From a virus: a stretch of 38,580 bases of DNA. Shown here piece after piece: positions 38,237 to 38,580 of the stretch. Under the pieces are notes generated by a model. It worked only from the letters and a program-made list of their open reading frames with translations. It did not search any database and was not told where the DNA came from. The position numbers were made by a program, and so were the translations under genes. Within the stretch, counting starts at the first letter, position 1. Each line of letters opens with the position of its first letter. The DNA lies in the IMG/VR virus record IMGVR_UViG_3300045988_075530, positions 1-38,580 of that record; one strand, given 5' to 3'.

Positions 38237-38580
38237 ATGGATTTAACTGGAAAAATAAAAAACTTAGCAGTGGATTATTTTAGCAAAAAGATAACAGTTA
38301 CCCTGGAAATTAACGAGGCGGAGCGGTTTATAAAGGGCGTGGATGAACTGAAAAAGCTGGAAAAGCTGTCCGTAATAATTAAACCGTTCCGCAAGAAAAG
38401 GAGCTTGTCGGCAAACGCTTATTTCCACGTCCTAGTCACCAAAATAGCGGAAAAAGTCGGAACGAGCAAGGCAGAAGCCAAGAATTTGATGATAGGCAGA
38501 TACGGACAGCCGGAGCTGATAAAAGGGGACATAGCAGTTTTAAAAACCAATGTTCCAACCAACATCATGTACAAAAAAGA
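38237..38580 (+). CDS. 5' part of junction-spanning gene: NinB/Orf-like recombination-mediator-type protein (family also annotated as putative HNHc nuclease); 188 aa when joined to 120..342
   Basis: ATG at 38237 lies 1 nt after the ERF stop. The frame is open to the window end, and 38462 is a codon start equivalent to position 1. The motif KRSLSANAYFHVLVTKIAEKVG resembles the RSLxQN..W core of lambda NinB/Orf. Confidence 0.6.
   Translation, partial: MDLTGKIKNLAVDYFSKKITVTLEINEAERFIKGVDELKKLEKLSVIIKPFRKKRSLSANAYFHVLVTKIAEKVGTSKAEAKNLMIGRYGQPELIKGDIAVLKTNVPTNIMYKK
38462..38580. repeat. Terminal overlap copy 2 (identical to 1..119)
   Basis: Direct base-by-base comparison of the two window ends. 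Confidence 0.95.

Larger units (their letters stand above)
1..38580. mobile_element. Complete temperate tailed-phage genome (siphovirus-type gene order), circularly closed assembly, unit length 38461 bp
   Basis: All canonical modules are present in order: switch, replication, recombination, late activator, packaging, head, neck, tail, holin, cargo, attP-like site and serine integrase. Bases 1-119 equal 38462-38580. SD sites and promoters are of low-GC Gram-positive type. Confidence 0.9.

Noticed and set aside
1-38580. tRNA, tmRNA or rRNA genes, transposases or IS elements, and known defence systems (RM, Abi, CBASS, retron, toxin-antitoxin enzymes).
   Set aside because: By eye I recognised no cloverleaf-like sequences, transposase motifs or enzymatic defence domains. 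A tRNAscan/Infernal/DefenseFinder run would be needed to exclude them formally.

Overview
The window is a complete temperate tailed-phage genome with siphovirus-type gene order. It is assembled as a closed circle: bases 1-119 are identical to 38462-38580, so the unit length is 38461 bp, and one gene spans the junction. AGGAGG-type ribosome-binding sites, TTGACA-17-TATAAT promoters, a GH25 lysin with a PG_binding_1-like tail, a class-4-like holin and a large serine integrase point to a low-GC Gram-positive, probably Clostridia-like, host.

Gene layout:
- 33.7 kb, through the junction, to 4.1 kb (+ strand): early operon. It carries cro-like, antirepressor and HTH genes, a replication initiator with internal iterons, a G39P-like loader, a Gp157-like protein, ERF, a NinB-like protein, a hexapeptide-repeat protein, a Ref-like HNH protein, a DUF1064 protein, small unknown genes and a late activator, and it ends at a terminator.
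- 4.1-4.5 kb: a roughly 380-nt structured non-coding leader.
- 4.5-24.7 kb (+): late operon. It runs terS, terL, portal, head morphogenesis, then a displaced neck gene with two peptidoglycan hydrolases, then scaffold, capsid, neck, major tail, a G/GT chaperone with a -1 frameshift, tape measure, a 1041-aa Dit-like protein, baseplate and fibre genes, holin, a sigma-region-4-like protein, and a terminator.
- 24.7-27.85 kb (+): a cargo cassette of seven or eight low-complexity or Cys-rich proteins of unknown function.
- 27.9 kb: an attP-like dyad.
- 27.96-30.0 kb (-): serine integrase and a tandem-HTH protein.
- 30.0-33.7 kb: a second regulatory and accessory region. An 84-bp inverted duplication of a consensus promoter flanks a small HTH gene. 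It is followed by an operon of small acidic and Cys-rich proteins with repeated GC-rich leader elements, an autonomous DUF4352-like membrane-protein moron, a consensus promoter reading antisense into the CI-like repressor gene, and the CI/Cro switch.

The strongest candidates for something undescribed are the cargo cassette at the prophage end, which has spore-surface-like composition, and the duplicated-promoter module with its acidic-protein operon.

All functional calls come from motif-level recognition by eye. No database search or structure prediction was possible.
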